Source: Comamonadaceae bacterium
GTDB lineage: Bacteria; Pseudomonadota; Gammaproteobacteria; Burkholderiales; Burkholderiaceae_C
NCBI GenBank assembly: GCA_947478935.1
Contig: CANJXV010000001.1
Span: forward strand, 1-43,745
Direction: 5' to 3'
Length of the DNA: 43,745 nucleotides
The notes under the pieces are model-generated. The model ran no database searches, was not told the DNA's origin, and worked only from the letters and a program-made list of their open reading frames with translations. Of the stretch, positions 29,228-39,695 are shown one piece after another; position 1 is the first letter of the stretch, and every line of letters begins with the position of its first letter. Both the position numbers and the translations under genes were made by a program.

Positions 29228-30583
29228 TTAAAGGAGCACGCGACGAAAGTCGCCGAGGATTTGGCCCAGATAGGCATTAAAGCGCGCTGCGGAGGCGCCA
29301 TCAATGACACGGTGGTCCCAGGTCAGTGACAAGGGCAGCATCAAACGCGGCACAAATTCTTTACCATTCCACACCGGCTCCGTCTGGCTTTTGCACACGC
29401 CCAAAATAGCGACTTCGGGCGCGTTGATGATGGGCGTGAAATAACGCCCGCCAATACCGCCCAAGCTGGAGATGGTGAAAGTGGCGCCGCTCATTTCGGC
29501 GGGGCTTAACTTGCCTTCGCGGGCCTTCTTGGCCAGCTCGCCCATTTCCTGGCTGATTTGCAGCACGCCTTTTTGATCTGCGTCTTTGAGCACCGGCACC
29601 ATCAGGCCATTGGGCGTGTCGGCAGCAAAGCCGATGTGCCAATAGTTTTTATAGACCAGCGCGTCGCCGTCCAGGCTGCTATTGAAGTCGGGGAATTTTT
29701 TCAGCGCCGCCACGCAAGCCTTGATCAGGAAAGCCAGCATGGTGACTTTGACACCACTCTTTTCGTTTTCCTTGTTGGTCAGCAGACGAAAGGCTTCCAG
29801 CTCGGTGATGTCGGCGTCATCATGGTTGGTGACCGCCGGAATCATGATGGCGTTGCGCAGCAAATTGGCGCCGCTGATTTTCTTGATGCGGCCCATCTCT
29901 TTGCGCTCGATGGGGCCGAACTTGGCGAAATCGACTTTGGGCCAGGGGATGAGCCCTAAGGCCGCGCCGTCACCGCCGGAGGCCGCCGGAGCTTTTGCGC
30001 CCTGGGCTTTGGTCTGAGTGGCGCCGGCCATCACCGCCTTGGTGAAGCCCTGTATATCGTCCTGCGTAATGCGACCTTTGGGGCCGCTGCCTTTGACTTC
30101 ATCGATAGGCACGCCTAGCTCGCGCGCAAACTTTCGCACTGAAGGGGATGCATGCGGCAAGCCGGGGGCCGGGGTACCTGGCACATGCGCGGGCGCTGCG
30201 CCCACCATGGGTGCAGCTGATGGCGCGTTGGCCAGTGGGGCAATAGGCGTTGATACCGCAGCCGCAACGGGGGTAGCCGCCAGTGCCGAGGGGTTCTCTA
30301 CGGGTGCACTGACTGGCGCAGCAGGCGCCGCAGCAGCCGCACCCGCAGCAACTTCCAGCATCACCACCAGCGAGCCTTGTTTGACCTTGTCGCCCAATGC
30401 CACCTTTATCGCGGTCACCACACCAGCAGCTGCAGAAGGAATTTCCATCGAAGCTTTATCGCTCTCCACAGTAATCAGGCTTTGTTCGGCCTCGATGGTG
30501 TCGCCCACTTTGACCAGTAATTCAATCACAGTGACTTCGTCAAAATCACCGATGTCGGGTACGTGGATTTCAATATTTGCCAT
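29228..30583 (-). CDS. aceF: Pyruvate dehydrogenase E2 dihydrolipoyl acetyltransferase (single lipoyl domain)
   Basis: Lipoyl DKASME, E3-binding [15 protein letters not shown], catalytic DHRVIDG. Confidence 0.97.
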   Translation of the reverse strand: MANIEIHVPDIGDFDEVTVIELLVKVGDTIEAEQSLITVESDKASMEIPSAAAGVVTAIKVALGDKVKQGSLVVMLEVAAGAAAAAPAAPVSAPVENPSALAATPVAAAVSTPIAPLANAPSAAPMVGAAPAHVPGTPAPGLPHASPSVRKFARELGVPIDEVKGSGPKGRITQDDIQGFTKAVMAGATQTKAQGAKAPAASGGDGAALGLIPWPKVDFAKFGPIERKEMGRIKKISGANLLRNAIMIPAVTNHDDADITELEAFRLLTNKENEKSGVKVTMLAFLIKACVAALKKFPDFNSSLDGDALVYKNYWHIGFAADTPNGLMVPVLKDADQKGVLQISQEMGELAKKAREGKLSPAEMSGATFTISSLGGIGGRYFTPIINAPEVAILGVCKSQTEPVWNGKEFVPRLMLPLSLTWDHRVIDGASAARFNAYLGQILGDFRRVLL

Positions 30584-30601
30584 GGTGTGTCTCCCGGGAA
30601 T

Positions 30602-33337
30602 TTAAGCGTGCAGCGGATTGATCTTATCGGCTTTGATGCCGTAATTGGCAATCGCCTGTGCCACCGCTTCTGCCGTGACAGCGCCCTCTTCCTGCAAAGC
30701 CTTCAGCGCGGCCAGCACGATGTAATGGCGATTCACCTCGAAGTGCTCGCGCAGCTTGCTGCGAAAGTCGCTGCGGCCAAAACCGTCAGTACCCAGCACT
30801 TTGTAGGCGCGACCTTTGGGAATGAAGGGGCGAATCTGCTCGGCATAGGCTTTCATGTAGTCGGTAGCCGCTACCACTGGGCCGCTGTGACCTTCGAGTT
30901 GCTGGCTGACAAAAGGCACACGCGCTTTTTCTAGCGGGTGCAGCATATTGAAACGCTCGCAATCCTGGCCTTCGCGCGTCAGCTCGTTAAAGCTGGGGCA
31001 GCTCCACACGTCCGCCTGTACGCCCCAATCCTGCGCCAGCAGCGCTTGCGCGGCAATCGATTCGCGCAAGATGGTGCCCGAGCCCAGCAACTGCACGCGC
31101 GCCGCGCCTTTGTTGGCCTTGGTTTGCGCCGCACCGGGTTTGCATAAATACATGCCTTTGATGATTTGCGCTTCGGTACCCGCTGTGAGGCCGGGCATGG
31201 CGTAGTTTTCGTTTAGCAGGGTGATGTAGTAAAAAACATTGTCTTGCTTTTCGACCATGCGCTTTAAGCCATGGTGCATGATGACCGCCACTTCATGGGC
31301 AAACGTGGGGTCGTAGCTCAGGCAATTAGGAATGGTACCGGCCAGGATATGGCTGTGCCCGTCTTCATGCTGCAAGCCTTCTCCGTTGAGCGTAGTGCGG
31401 CCCGAGGTGCCACCCAGCAAAAAGCCACGCGCCTGCATATCGCCCGCCGCCCAAGCCAAATCGCCGATGCGCTGAAAGCCAAACATCGAGTAGTACACAT
31501 AAAACGGAATCATGATGCGGTTGCTGGTGCTGTAGCTGGTCGCCGCCGCAATCCAGCTGCTCATGCCACCCGCCTCATTAATGCCTTCTTGCAAAATCTG
31601 GCCTTGCTTGTCTTCTTTGTAATACATCACCTGGTCTTTATCGACCGGGGTGTATAGCTGACCGTCCGGGTTGTAAATACCGATCTGACGGAACAAGCCT
31701 TCCATGCCAAAGGTGCGCGCCTCGTCTACCAAAATAGGTACCACCCGCGGGCCTATGGCTTTGTCGCGCAAAAGCGTGGTGAGGAAACGCACATAGGCCT
31801 GGGTGGTAGAGATCTCACGACCTTCTACAGTGGGCTCGATGACGGCTTTGAAAGTGTCTAAAGACGGGACGGTAAATTGCTCGTCGGCTTTGACGCGGCG
31901 GTGCGGCAGGTAGCCGCCCAGGGCTTTGCGGCGCTCATGCAAATAGCGCATTTCGGGCGTGTCGTCCGCTGGTTTGTAAAACGGAATTTTGGCCAGTTCG
32001 CTATCCGGAACCGGAATATTGAAGCGATCGCGAAAGGCTTTAATGTCCTCGTCCGTCAGCTTCTTGGTCTGGTGCACATTGTTTTTGCCTTCGCCGCTTT
32101 TGCCCATACCAAAACCTTTGATGGTTTTGATCAAGAGCACCGTCGGCTGGCCTTTGTGGTTGACTGCCTGGTGGTAAGCAGCATAGACTTTTTTGGAATC
32201 GTGGCCGCCACGGCGCAATTCAAAAATTTCTGCGTCGCTCATGTGCTCCACCATTTTGGCGGTGCTGGGGTGCTTGCCGAAGAAATGTTTGCGCACATAG
32301 GCGCCGTCGTTGGCCTTCATGGCTTGGTAGTCGCCGTCCACGGTATCCATCATGATCTTACGCAAGGCGCCGTCTTTGTCGCGCGCCAGCAGCGGGTCCC
32401 AGCTGCTGCCCCAGACCAGCTTGATCACATTCCAACCTGCGCCACGGAATTCGCCCTCTAACTCCTGGATGATTTTTCCGTTGCCGCGCACCGGACCATC
32501 CAGGCGCTGCAAATTGCAGTTGATGACAAAAATTAGGTTGTCCAGCTTTTCGCGCGCTGCTAGTCCGATAGCGCCCAGGGACTCGACCTCGTCCATCTCG
32601 CCGTCGCCACAGAACACCCAGACCTTGCGGTTTTCGGTGTTCGCGATACCACGAGCGTGCAAATACTTTAAGAATCGCGCCTGGTAAATCGCCATCAGCG
32701 GCCCTAAGCCCATGGACACGGTGGGGAACTGCCAGAACTCGGGCATCAGCTTGGGGTGCGGGTAGCTGGACAAACCCTTTCCATCTACTTCCTGGCGAAA
32801 GTTGAGCAACTGTTCTTCGCTCAGGCGCCCTTCCAGGTAAGCGCGGGCATAGACGCCGGGCGCGACATGGCCTTGAATAAACAGGCAGTCGCCGCCATGG
32901 TTCTCGCTTTCGGCGTGCCAAAAATGGTTAAAACCCGCGCCGAACAAACTGGCCAGCGAAGCAAAGGAGCCAATGTGACCACCCAGATCGCCGCCGTCTG
33001 CCGGATCGTGGCGGTTGGCCTTGACGACCATGGCCATCGCGTTCCAGCGCATATAAGCGCGCAGTCGCTCTTCGATTTCCAGATTGCCCGGCGAACGCTC
33101 TTCGTGGTCGGGCTCGATGGTGTTGACGTACCCGGTGGTAGCCGAAAAAGGCATATCAATGCTTTTTTGGCGGGCATGTTCCAGCAGCTGCTCTAACAAG
33201 AAGTGCGCTCGCTCGGGGCCTTCGGCCTCGATGACGGCCGACAAGGCGTCCATCCACTCCCGTGTCTCTTGATTGTCAATGTCACTACCGATACCCAAAG
33301 GTAAGGACGTAGCGTTGTTTTGCGCGGTGCTTGTCAT
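30602..33337 (-). CDS. aceE: Pyruvate dehydrogenase E1, homodimeric type
   Basis: ETREW, TVSMGLGP, TPP motif GDGEMDE..NCNLQRLDGP, GEGLQHEDG, GTDGFGRSD; SD AGGAG before ATG 33337. Confidence 0.98.
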   Translation of the reverse strand: MTSTAQNNATSLPLGIGSDIDNQETREWMDALSAVIEAEGPERAHFLLEQLLEHARQKSIDMPFSATTGYVNTIEPDHEERSPGNLEIEERLRAYMRWNAMAMVVKANRHDPADGGDLGGHIGSFASLASLFGAGFNHFWHAESENHGGDCLFIQGHVAPGVYARAYLEGRLSEEQLLNFRQEVDGKGLSSYPHPKLMPEFWQFPTVSMGLGPLMAIYQARFLKYLHARGIANTENRKVWVFCGDGEMDEVESLGAIGLAAREKLDNLIFVINCNLQRLDGPVRGNGKIIQELEGEFRGAGWNVIKLVWGSSWDPLLARDKDGALRKIMMDTVDGDYQAMKANDGAYVRKHFFGKHPSTAKMVEHMSDAEIFELRRGGHDSKKVYAAYHQAVNHKGQPTVLLIKTIKGFGMGKSGEGKNNVHQTKKLTDEDIKAFRDRFNIPVPDSELAKIPFYKPADDTPEMRYLHERRKALGGYLPHRRVKADEQFTVPSLDTFKAVIEPTVEGREISTTQAYVRFLTTLLRDKAIGPRVVPILVDEARTFGMEGLFRQIGIYNPDGQLYTPVDKDQVMYYKEDKQGQILQEGINEAGGMSSWIAAATSYSTSNRIMIPFYVYYSMFGFQRIGDLAWAAGDMQARGFLLGGTSGRTTLNGEGLQHEDGHSHILAGTIPNCLSYDPTFAHEVAVIMHHGLKRMVEKQDNVFYYITLLNENYAMPGLTAGTEAQIIKGMYLCKPGAAQTKANKGAARVQLLGSGTILRESIAAQALLAQDWGVQADVWSCPSFNELTREGQDCERFNMLHPLEKARVPFVSQQLEGHSGPVVAATDYMKAYAEQIRPFIPKGRAYKVLGTDGFGRSDFRSKLREHFEVNRHYIVLAALKALQEEGAVTAEAVAQAIANYGIKADKINPLHA

Positions 33338-33486
33338 GGCGTCTCCTGCTGGTGTGGTGCTTGTAGCGTACAGGATTGAATTCTCCCACAACTTTACCAA
33401 AATTTCAAATCATGCTTTAGTATTTTGTAATGTGAAATTTTAAATTACCCAAATTAAGGCGCATAAGCGGGCTCTACACTTACCAG

Positions 33487-35982
33487 ATGTCCAATGCCGA
33501 GACCTATTCGCTGCAAGCCGACCCGGACCTGTCCACGGTCAAGCGGGCCAGCCGCTGGTGGCGCAGGCTATCGCCGCAGCGCCAGGACCGGGTGGCCATG
33601 CTTGCGCCGTTAGCGGCAGTGGTGTTGTTTATGGCGGCCATTGTTTCGGCGCTGGTGTATTTACAAATAGAAGAGGGCGACCGCGAGCAGGAAGGCGTGC
33701 GCCGAGATGTGGAATACACCCAGCAGCAAATGCGCCTTCGTCTGCTGGAGCGCCAAGAGCAGTTCGTTGCGCTAGGTCGAGAGCTAGGCAGCCACGAGTT
33801 GGACGCGCGCGCCTTTCGCCTGCGGGTGATCGCCCTGCTCAACCAATACCCCGAATTACATGGCGCGGCCTGGTTGGATGCACAAAAGCGCTTGCGCTCC
33901 AGCGGCGGCGCCACCTTTAATTGGACGTACCCAGCCTATGGCAGCAACGCCGTCGCGCTTGACGCCGATGGCGACTACGCCTTTAAGTGGGCCACAGCGC
34001 AGCGCCAGGTCGTCTATCTGATGCAGCCCACGACCGGCGCGGGCGCGCCCTTGTTGCAGCTCTATATCCCCCTGGTGGAAAAAGGCCAGCCCGCAGGCGT
34101 CATCCTGACCGAGCTGTCGATCGACGGCTTGTACCGCTATGGCATTCCCAACGAAATTGCCGCCCGCTACGGCATTTCGCTGCTGGACGCCAAAGGCAAT
34201 GTGGTGGCCGGCGTGGCTCTGCCCATCAAGAGGCCGGTGAGCCAAATCCTGCCCTGGACCCGCAAGCCCAGCAGCTACTCCATGGCGGTCTCGCCCGTGG
34301 GCTCAGACTTGACGGTGCGCGCCGAGGCCTACCGCGCGTCCATGGGTGTGATCGGCACCGGCTTGTTCTGGCTGGTCAGCGCCCTGAGCGTGATGACCGC
34401 CTGGATGCTGATTGCCAATTGGCGCCACAGCCGCAAGCGTTTGCAAGCGCAGCAGGCGTTGCTATCCGAGACCAATTTCCGTCGGGCCATGGAAAACTCC
34501 ATGCTCACCGGCATGCGCGCCATGGACTTGCAGGGGCGCATTACCTATGTGAACGCGGCTTTTTGCATGATGACCGGTTTGAGCGAGTCCGAACTGGTGG
34601 ATCGCACCGCGCCCTTCCCCTATTGGCCCGAAAGCGATCGCGAAGAGCTGTCGACCCTGCTGAGCCAAGAGTTGTCGGGCAAGACCAGCCAGGGCGGCAT
34701 CCAGGTGCGCGTTAAGCGCCGCGATGGCGGCTTGTTTGATGCCCGCTTGTATGTGGCGCCGCTCATCGACGCTATGGGCACGCAAACCGGCTGGGTCACC
34801 TCCATGACCGACATTACCGAGCCCAACCGGGTGCGCGAGCAGTTGTCTGCCTCGCACCAGCGCTTTACCACTGTGCTGGAAGCACTGGATGCATCCATCT
34901 CGGTGGCGCCTCTGGGCAGTGACGAATTGGTGTTTGCCAACAAGCTGTACCGCCAGTGGTTTGGTACCGCGGCGGGCGGACACTTGCAACTGGTAGCCGA
35001 GGCCGGCGTGCCGCAAAGCCGCACCAACCACGACAACCAAAGTGACGATGTGGACTTGTTTGCAGGCCTGCCGCTTAACACCCTGGCCGAGGCGGATGCC
35101 GAAAGCGCCGAAATCTATATCAGCGCCCTAGGCAAGTGGTTGGAGGTACGCACCCGCTACCTGGGTTGGGTGGACGGGCGCCTGGCGCAAATGGTGATCG
35201 CCACCGACATCAGCAGCCGCCGCCTGGCCGAGGAACAAGCGGCGACACAAGCCGAACGCGCCCAAAGCGCCAGCCGCATGATCACCATGGGCGAGATGGC
35301 CTCTAGCGTGGCGCACGAACTCAACCAACCGCTTACCGCTATTAACAACTATTGCAACGGAATGGTCTCGCGCATCAAAGACCAACAAATTACGCAGGAT
35401 GAACTGCTGGGCGCGCTGGACAAAACAGCTAGGCAGGCGCAGCGCGCGGGACAGATCATTCACCGCATCCGCAGCTTTGTTAAACGCAGCGAACCCAACC
35501 GCATGCTGGCTGAAGTAGAGCCTATGGTGGCCGCTTCGCTGGAGTTGGCCGACATTGAGCTGCGCCGCTTTAATGTGCGCCTGAACTGCAATGTGGCCGG
35601 TCGCCTGCCGGCCTTGCTAGTGGACCGGATTTTGATCGAGCAGGTACTGGTCAATTTGCTGCGCAATGCAGCTGAATCGGTGGATGCAGCGCAGCGCGCC
35701 AGCCCCGATCGCATTGTGGAATTGCGCGTGGTCGCTAGTATTTTCGAGGGCAAGAAGAGTATTGAATTTTCGGTACAGGACAGCGGCAAAGGCATTGCCC
35801 CGGATGTGATGCCGCGCCTGTACGAAGCCTTCTTCTCCACCAAGGCAGAGGGCATGGGCATCGGGCTAAGCCTGTGCCGCTCTATCGTCGAGTCGCACCG
35901 CGGGCGCCTGACAGCAGAGAACCTCTACAATAAAGGCGCAGTTACCGGCTGTAAGTTCACGTTCTGGCTGCCCCTTACATAA
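33487..35982 (+). CDS. Membrane PAS-domain sensor histidine kinase (Burkholderiales FixL-like)
   Basis: Two TM helices, PAS domain (ITYVNAAF..MTG), H-box AHELNQPL, N-box QVLVNLLRNA, DSGKG, FFSTK, GMGIGL. Confidence 0.9.
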   Translation: MSNAETYSLQADPDLSTVKRASRWWRRLSPQRQDRVAMLAPLAAVVLFMAAIVSALVYLQIEEGDREQEGVRRDVEYTQQQMRLRLLERQEQFVALGRELGSHELDARAFRLRVIALLNQYPELHGAAWLDAQKRLRSSGGATFNWTYPAYGSNAVALDADGDYAFKWATAQRQVVYLMQPTTGAGAPLLQLYIPLVEKGQPAGVILTELSIDGLYRYGIPNEIAARYGISLLDAKGNVVAGVALPIKRPVSQILPWTRKPSSYSMAVSPVGSDLTVRAEAYRASMGVIGTGLFWLVSALSVMTAWMLIANWRHSRKRLQAQQALLSETNFRRAMENSMLTGMRAMDLQGRITYVNAAFCMMTGLSESELVDRTAPFPYWPESDREELSTLLSQELSGKTSQGGIQVRVKRRDGGLFDARLYVAPLIDAMGTQTGWVTSMTDITEPNRVREQLSASHQRFTTVLEALDASISVAPLGSDELVFANKLYRQWFGTAAGGHLQLVAEAGVPQSRTNHDNQSDDVDLFAGLPLNTLAEADAESAEIYISALGKWLEVRTRYLGWVDGRLAQMVIATDISSRRLAEEQAATQAERAQSASRMITMGEMASSVAHELNQPLTAINNYCNGMVSRIKDQQITQDELLGALDKTARQAQRAGQIIHRIRSFVKRSEPNRMLAEVEPMVAASLELADIELRRFNVRLNCNVAGRLPALLVDRILIEQVLVNLLRNAAESVDAAQRASPDRIVELRVVASIFEGKKSIEFSVQDSGKGIAPDVMPRLYEAFFSTKAEGMGIGLSLCRSIVESHRGRLTAENLYNKGAVTGCKFTFWLPLT

Positions 35983-36026
35983 AGCCGCACGATAAGAAAA
36001 GAAGTTTGCATCAAGCGAGAAAAACA

Positions 36027-36668
36027 ATGCAGGAATCTTCCAATAGTTTGCTCCCGAAAAAAGGTACTGTGTATGTCGTTGATGACGACGAAGCGGTGCG
36101 CGACTCCGTGCAATGGCTGCTCGAAGGCAAGGGCTACCGGGTGCGCTGCTTTGACTCCGCCGAATCCTTTCTCAGCCGCTACGACGCCCGCGAAGTGGCC
36201 TGCCTTCTCGTCGATATCCGCATGGGCGGCATGACCGGATTGGAGCTGCAAGCCCGCCTGATTGAAATTCGCTCACCCCTGCCCATCGTGTTTATTACCG
36301 GCCACGGTGATGTCCCCATGGCGGTGGACACCATGAAAAAAGGCGCGATGGACTTTATCCAAAAGCCCTTCAAAGAAGCCGATTTGGTACGCCTGGTAGA
36401 GCAAATGCTGGACCACGCCAAGGAGTCATTTGCCGACTCGCAACTGGCCGCCAGCAGAGATTCTTTGCTGTCCAAACTGACCATGCGCGAATCGCAAGTA
36501 TTGGAACGCATTGTGGCCGGGCGCCTGAATAAACAAATCGCCGACGACCTGGGCATCAGCATCAAAACGGTGGAAGCGCACCGAGCGAACATTATGGAAA
36601 AGCTCAGCGCTAACACTGTGGCCGACCTGCTGAAAATCGCCCTGGGCCAGTCCAACCCTAAGGGCTGA
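36027..36668 (+). CDS. FixJ-family response regulator (REC + LuxR HTH)
   Basis: VVDDD, DIRM, ITGHGD, KPF, NKQIADDLGISIKTVEAHRANIM. Confidence 0.93.
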   Translation: MQESSNSLLPKKGTVYVVDDDEAVRDSVQWLLEGKGYRVRCFDSAESFLSRYDAREVACLLVDIRMGGMTGLELQARLIEIRSPLPIVFITGHGDVPMAVDTMKKGAMDFIQKPFKEADLVRLVEQMLDHAKESFADSQLAASRDSLLSKLTMRESQVLERIVAGRLNKQIADDLGISIKTVEAHRANIMEKLSANTVADLLKIALGQSNPKG

Positions 36669-36786
36669 ACCACTCTTATGCGCTTTGGCGTAGCACACGC
36701 ACGGGGCACAGACGGCCCAGCGGCGCCTAACCACTACCCCATGCCCTTCCTTTTTTATATTTCAACTTACCCGCAAGGCCTAAGCC

Positions 36787-37647
36787 ATGACAACACCCCA
36801 CGCCGCTTCCATCATTGACGGCAATGCGCTGTCTGCCCAATTACGCGCTGACGTTATGCGCCGCGCTGATGCGCTCAAAGCGCGTGGTATTACGCCAGGC
36901 CTGGCGGTGTTGCTGGTGGGAGAGAACTCGGCCTCGCAGGTCTATGTGCGCAACAAAGTGAAGGCCTGCGCGGATGCGGGTCTGCATTCGGTGCTAGAGC
37001 GCTACGACGCCGATATGACCGAAGCGGCCCTGCTGGCACGCATTGACGCACTTAACAAAGATCCAGCCATCCACGGTATTTTGGTGCAGTTGCCGGTGCC
37101 CAAACATATCGACGCCAACAAAGTGATTGAAGCTATCGCACCCGAAAAAGACGTCGATGGTTTCCATATCGCCAGCGCCGGTGCTTTGATGGTGGGGCAG
37201 CCCGGCTTTCTACCCTGTACGCCTTATGGCTGCATGAAGATGATCGAATCCATTGGCTATGACTTGCGGGGCAAACACGCGGTTGTCATCGGCCGCAGCA
37301 ATATCGTGGGCAAACCCATGGCCATGCTGTTGCTGCAACAAAACGCGACCGTCACTATTTGCCACAGTGGCACTAAAGACCTCAAAGCCATGACGCTGCA
37401 AGCCGATGTCATCGTGGCCGCAGTGGGCAAAGTCAATGTGCTGACGGCCGATATGGTCAAGCCCGGCGCTGTGGTCATCGACGTGGGTATGAACCGCAAT
37501 GCCGAGGGCAAGCTGTGCGGTGATGTGGACTACGCGGGCGTGCGCGAAGTAGCCGGCCACATTACCCCGGTGCCCGGTGGCGTCGGCCCCATGACCATCA
37601 CCATGCTGCTCGTCAACACCTTGGAATCTGCGGAGCGCCTGGTATGA
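36787..37647 (+). CDS. folD: Methylenetetrahydrofolate dehydrogenase/cyclohydrolase
   Basis: [43 protein letters not shown]. Confidence 0.97.
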   Translation: MTTPHAASIIDGNALSAQLRADVMRRADALKARGITPGLAVLLVGENSASQVYVRNKVKACADAGLHSVLERYDADMTEAALLARIDALNKDPAIHGILVQLPVPKHIDANKVIEAIAPEKDVDGFHIASAGALMVGQPGFLPCTPYGCMKMIESIGYDLRGKHAVVIGRSNIVGKPMAMLLLQQNATVTICHSGTKDLKAMTLQADVIVAAVGKVNVLTADMVKPGAVVIDVGMNRNAEGKLCGDVDYAGVREVAGHITPVPGGVGPMTITMLLVNTLESAERLV

Positions 37648-39695
37648 GTGACAACCCTTTGCTTAGCCACGGCCTGCCGCGCTTTGACGCAATAACGCCA
37701 GAGCATGTCGAGCCGGCCATTGAGGCCTTGTTGGCGCAGTCGCAGACGGCACTCACTGCCGTGACCGCCCCGCAGTTCCCCGCACAATGGCTGGCGCTAT
37801 CGGCCACTTTGGACGTGGCGGTAGAAAACCTAGGCGTGGCCTGGGGCGCGGTCAGCCACCTCAATAGCGTGAACGACAGCCCGGCGCTGCGAGCTGCTTA
37901 CAACGCGGCCCTGCCTAAAGTGACCGATTTTTTTACCCGCCTGGGCGCAGATGAAAAGCTCTATGCTAAGTACAAAGCCATGGACCTGGCCAGCTTGAAC
38001 ACGGAGCAACAACAAGCGCACAAAAACGCGATCCGTAACTTCGTGTTGGGCGGTGCAGAACTGACCGGTAGCGCACGAGAACGCTTTGCGCAGATTCAAG
38101 AACGCCTGGCCGAACTGAGCCAAAAGTTCAGCGAAAACGCACTGGATGCGACCGATGCCTTTGCCTATTACGCGAATGCGGACGAAGTCGATGGCGTGCC
38201 TGCCGATGTGCGGGACACCGCCCTTGCAGCAGCCCAAGCCGAAGGCAAAGAAGGCTACAAACTCACGCTCAAAATGCCCTGCTACCTGCCGGTGATGCAG
38301 TTTGCGCACAGCAGCGCCTTGCGCCAGACTTTGTACCGTGCATACGCCACGCGCGCCTCCACACAAGCGCCAACGGAGATGCACCAATTTGACAATAGTG
38401 CCAACATGCAAGAGATATTGGCGTTGCGCAAAGAAGAGGCCGCTTTGCTGGGCTTTGGCAACTTTGCGGCGCTGTCGATTGCGCCCAAGATGGCGGACTC
38501 GCCCGACACGGTAATCCGCTTTCTGCGCGACCTAGGCGCTAAGGCCCGCCCTTTTGCCGAAAAAGACGTGGCCGAGCTACGCGCCTTTGCTGCCGAACAT
38601 TTGAACCTGCATGACCCACAGGCATGGGACTGGCCCTATATCGGCGAGAAGCTCAAAGAAGCGCGCTACGCCTTTAGCGAACAGGAAGTTAAGCAGTACT
38701 TCACTGCGCCCAAGGTCTTGGCAGGTTTGTTCAAAATCGTCGAGACCTTGTTTGACGTCAGCATCAGCGCCGACAGCGCGCCGGTGTGGCACCCGGAAGT
38801 TAAGTTTTTCCGGATCGAGCGCCAGGGTAGCTTGATAGGCCAGTTTTACCTGGACCCCAGTGCCCGCAGCGGCAAGCGCGGCGGCGCCTGGATGGACGGT
38901 GTGCTGGGCCGCTGGTTGCGGCCCGATACCGGTACATTGCAAACGCCGGTAGCGCATCTGGTCTGCAATTTTGCGCTGGGTACACAGGTCGATGGTGTGG
39001 AAAAACCGGCCTTGCTCACGCATGACGATGTGATCACCTTATTCCACGAATGCGGCCATGGCCTGCACCATTTGCTAACGCAAGTGAGCGAGCGCGACGT
39101 GGCAGGTATCAGCGGCGTGGAGTGGGACGCGGTGGAGTTGCCCAGCCAGTTTATGGAAAACTTTTGTTGGGAATGGAATGTGATCCGCCACATGACTGCC
39201 CATGTGGACAGTGGTCAGCCCCTGCCACGCGCATTGTTCGACAAAATGCTGGCAGCGCGCAACTTCCAAAGCGGCATGCAAACCCTGCGCCAAATCGAAT
39301 TTGCTTTGTTTGACATGCTGCTGCATAGCGCACATGACCCGGCAGCGGACTTCATGGAATTGCTGCAAATAGTACGCGCCGAAGTCGCCGTGCTACCCAG
39401 CCCTGAATTCAACCGCTCGATGCATACCTTTAGCCATATTTTCGCCGGTGGTTATGCAGCGGGCTACTACAGCTACAAATGGGCCGAAGTGCTGAGCGCC
39501 GATGCCTATGCGGCCTTTGAAGAAAGCGCCGACGCCCAAGGCACGCCCGACCCCGCCACCGGCAAAAAATACCTGCAAGCGATCCTGGAAGCCGGCGGCA
39601 GCCGCCCTGCCATGGAATCCTTCAAAGCCTTTCGCGGACGCGAGCCCAGCATGGACGCGCTTCTTAGGCACCAGGGCATGGGCGCAAGTGCCTAA
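37644..39695 (+). CDS. prlC: Oligopeptidase A (M3 metallopeptidase)
   Basis: KRGGAWM, Zn motif [34 protein letters not shown]. Confidence 0.95.
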   Translation: MSDNPLLSHGLPRFDAITPEHVEPAIEALLAQSQTALTAVTAPQFPAQWLALSATLDVAVENLGVAWGAVSHLNSVNDSPALRAAYNAALPKVTDFFTRLGADEKLYAKYKAMDLASLNTEQQQAHKNAIRNFVLGGAELTGSARERFAQIQERLAELSQKFSENALDATDAFAYYANADEVDGVPADVRDTALAAAQAEGKEGYKLTLKMPCYLPVMQFAHSSALRQTLYRAYATRASTQAPTEMHQFDNSANMQEILALRKEEAALLGFGNFAALSIAPKMADSPDTVIRFLRDLGAKARPFAEKDVAELRAFAAEHLNLHDPQAWDWPYIGEKLKEARYAFSEQEVKQYFTAPKVLAGLFKIVETLFDVSISADSAPVWHPEVKFFRIERQGSLIGQFYLDPSARSGKRGGAWMDGVLGRWLRPDTGTLQTPVAHLVCNFALGTQVDGVEKPALLTHDDVITLFHECGHGLHHLLTQVSERDVAGISGVEWDAVELPSQFMENFCWEWNVIRHMTAHVDSGQPLPRALFDKMLAARNFQSGMQTLRQIEFALFDMLLHSAHDPAADFMELLQIVRAEVAVLPSPEFNRSMHTFSHIFAGGYAAGYYSYKWAEVLSADAYAAFEESADAQGTPDPATGKKYLQAILEAGGSRPAMESFKAFRGREPSMDALLRHQGMGASA

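Noticed and set aside
36669-36786. ZTP or THF riboswitch upstream of folD
   Set aside because: No recognisable conserved riboswitch sequence blocks in this 118-bp spacer.
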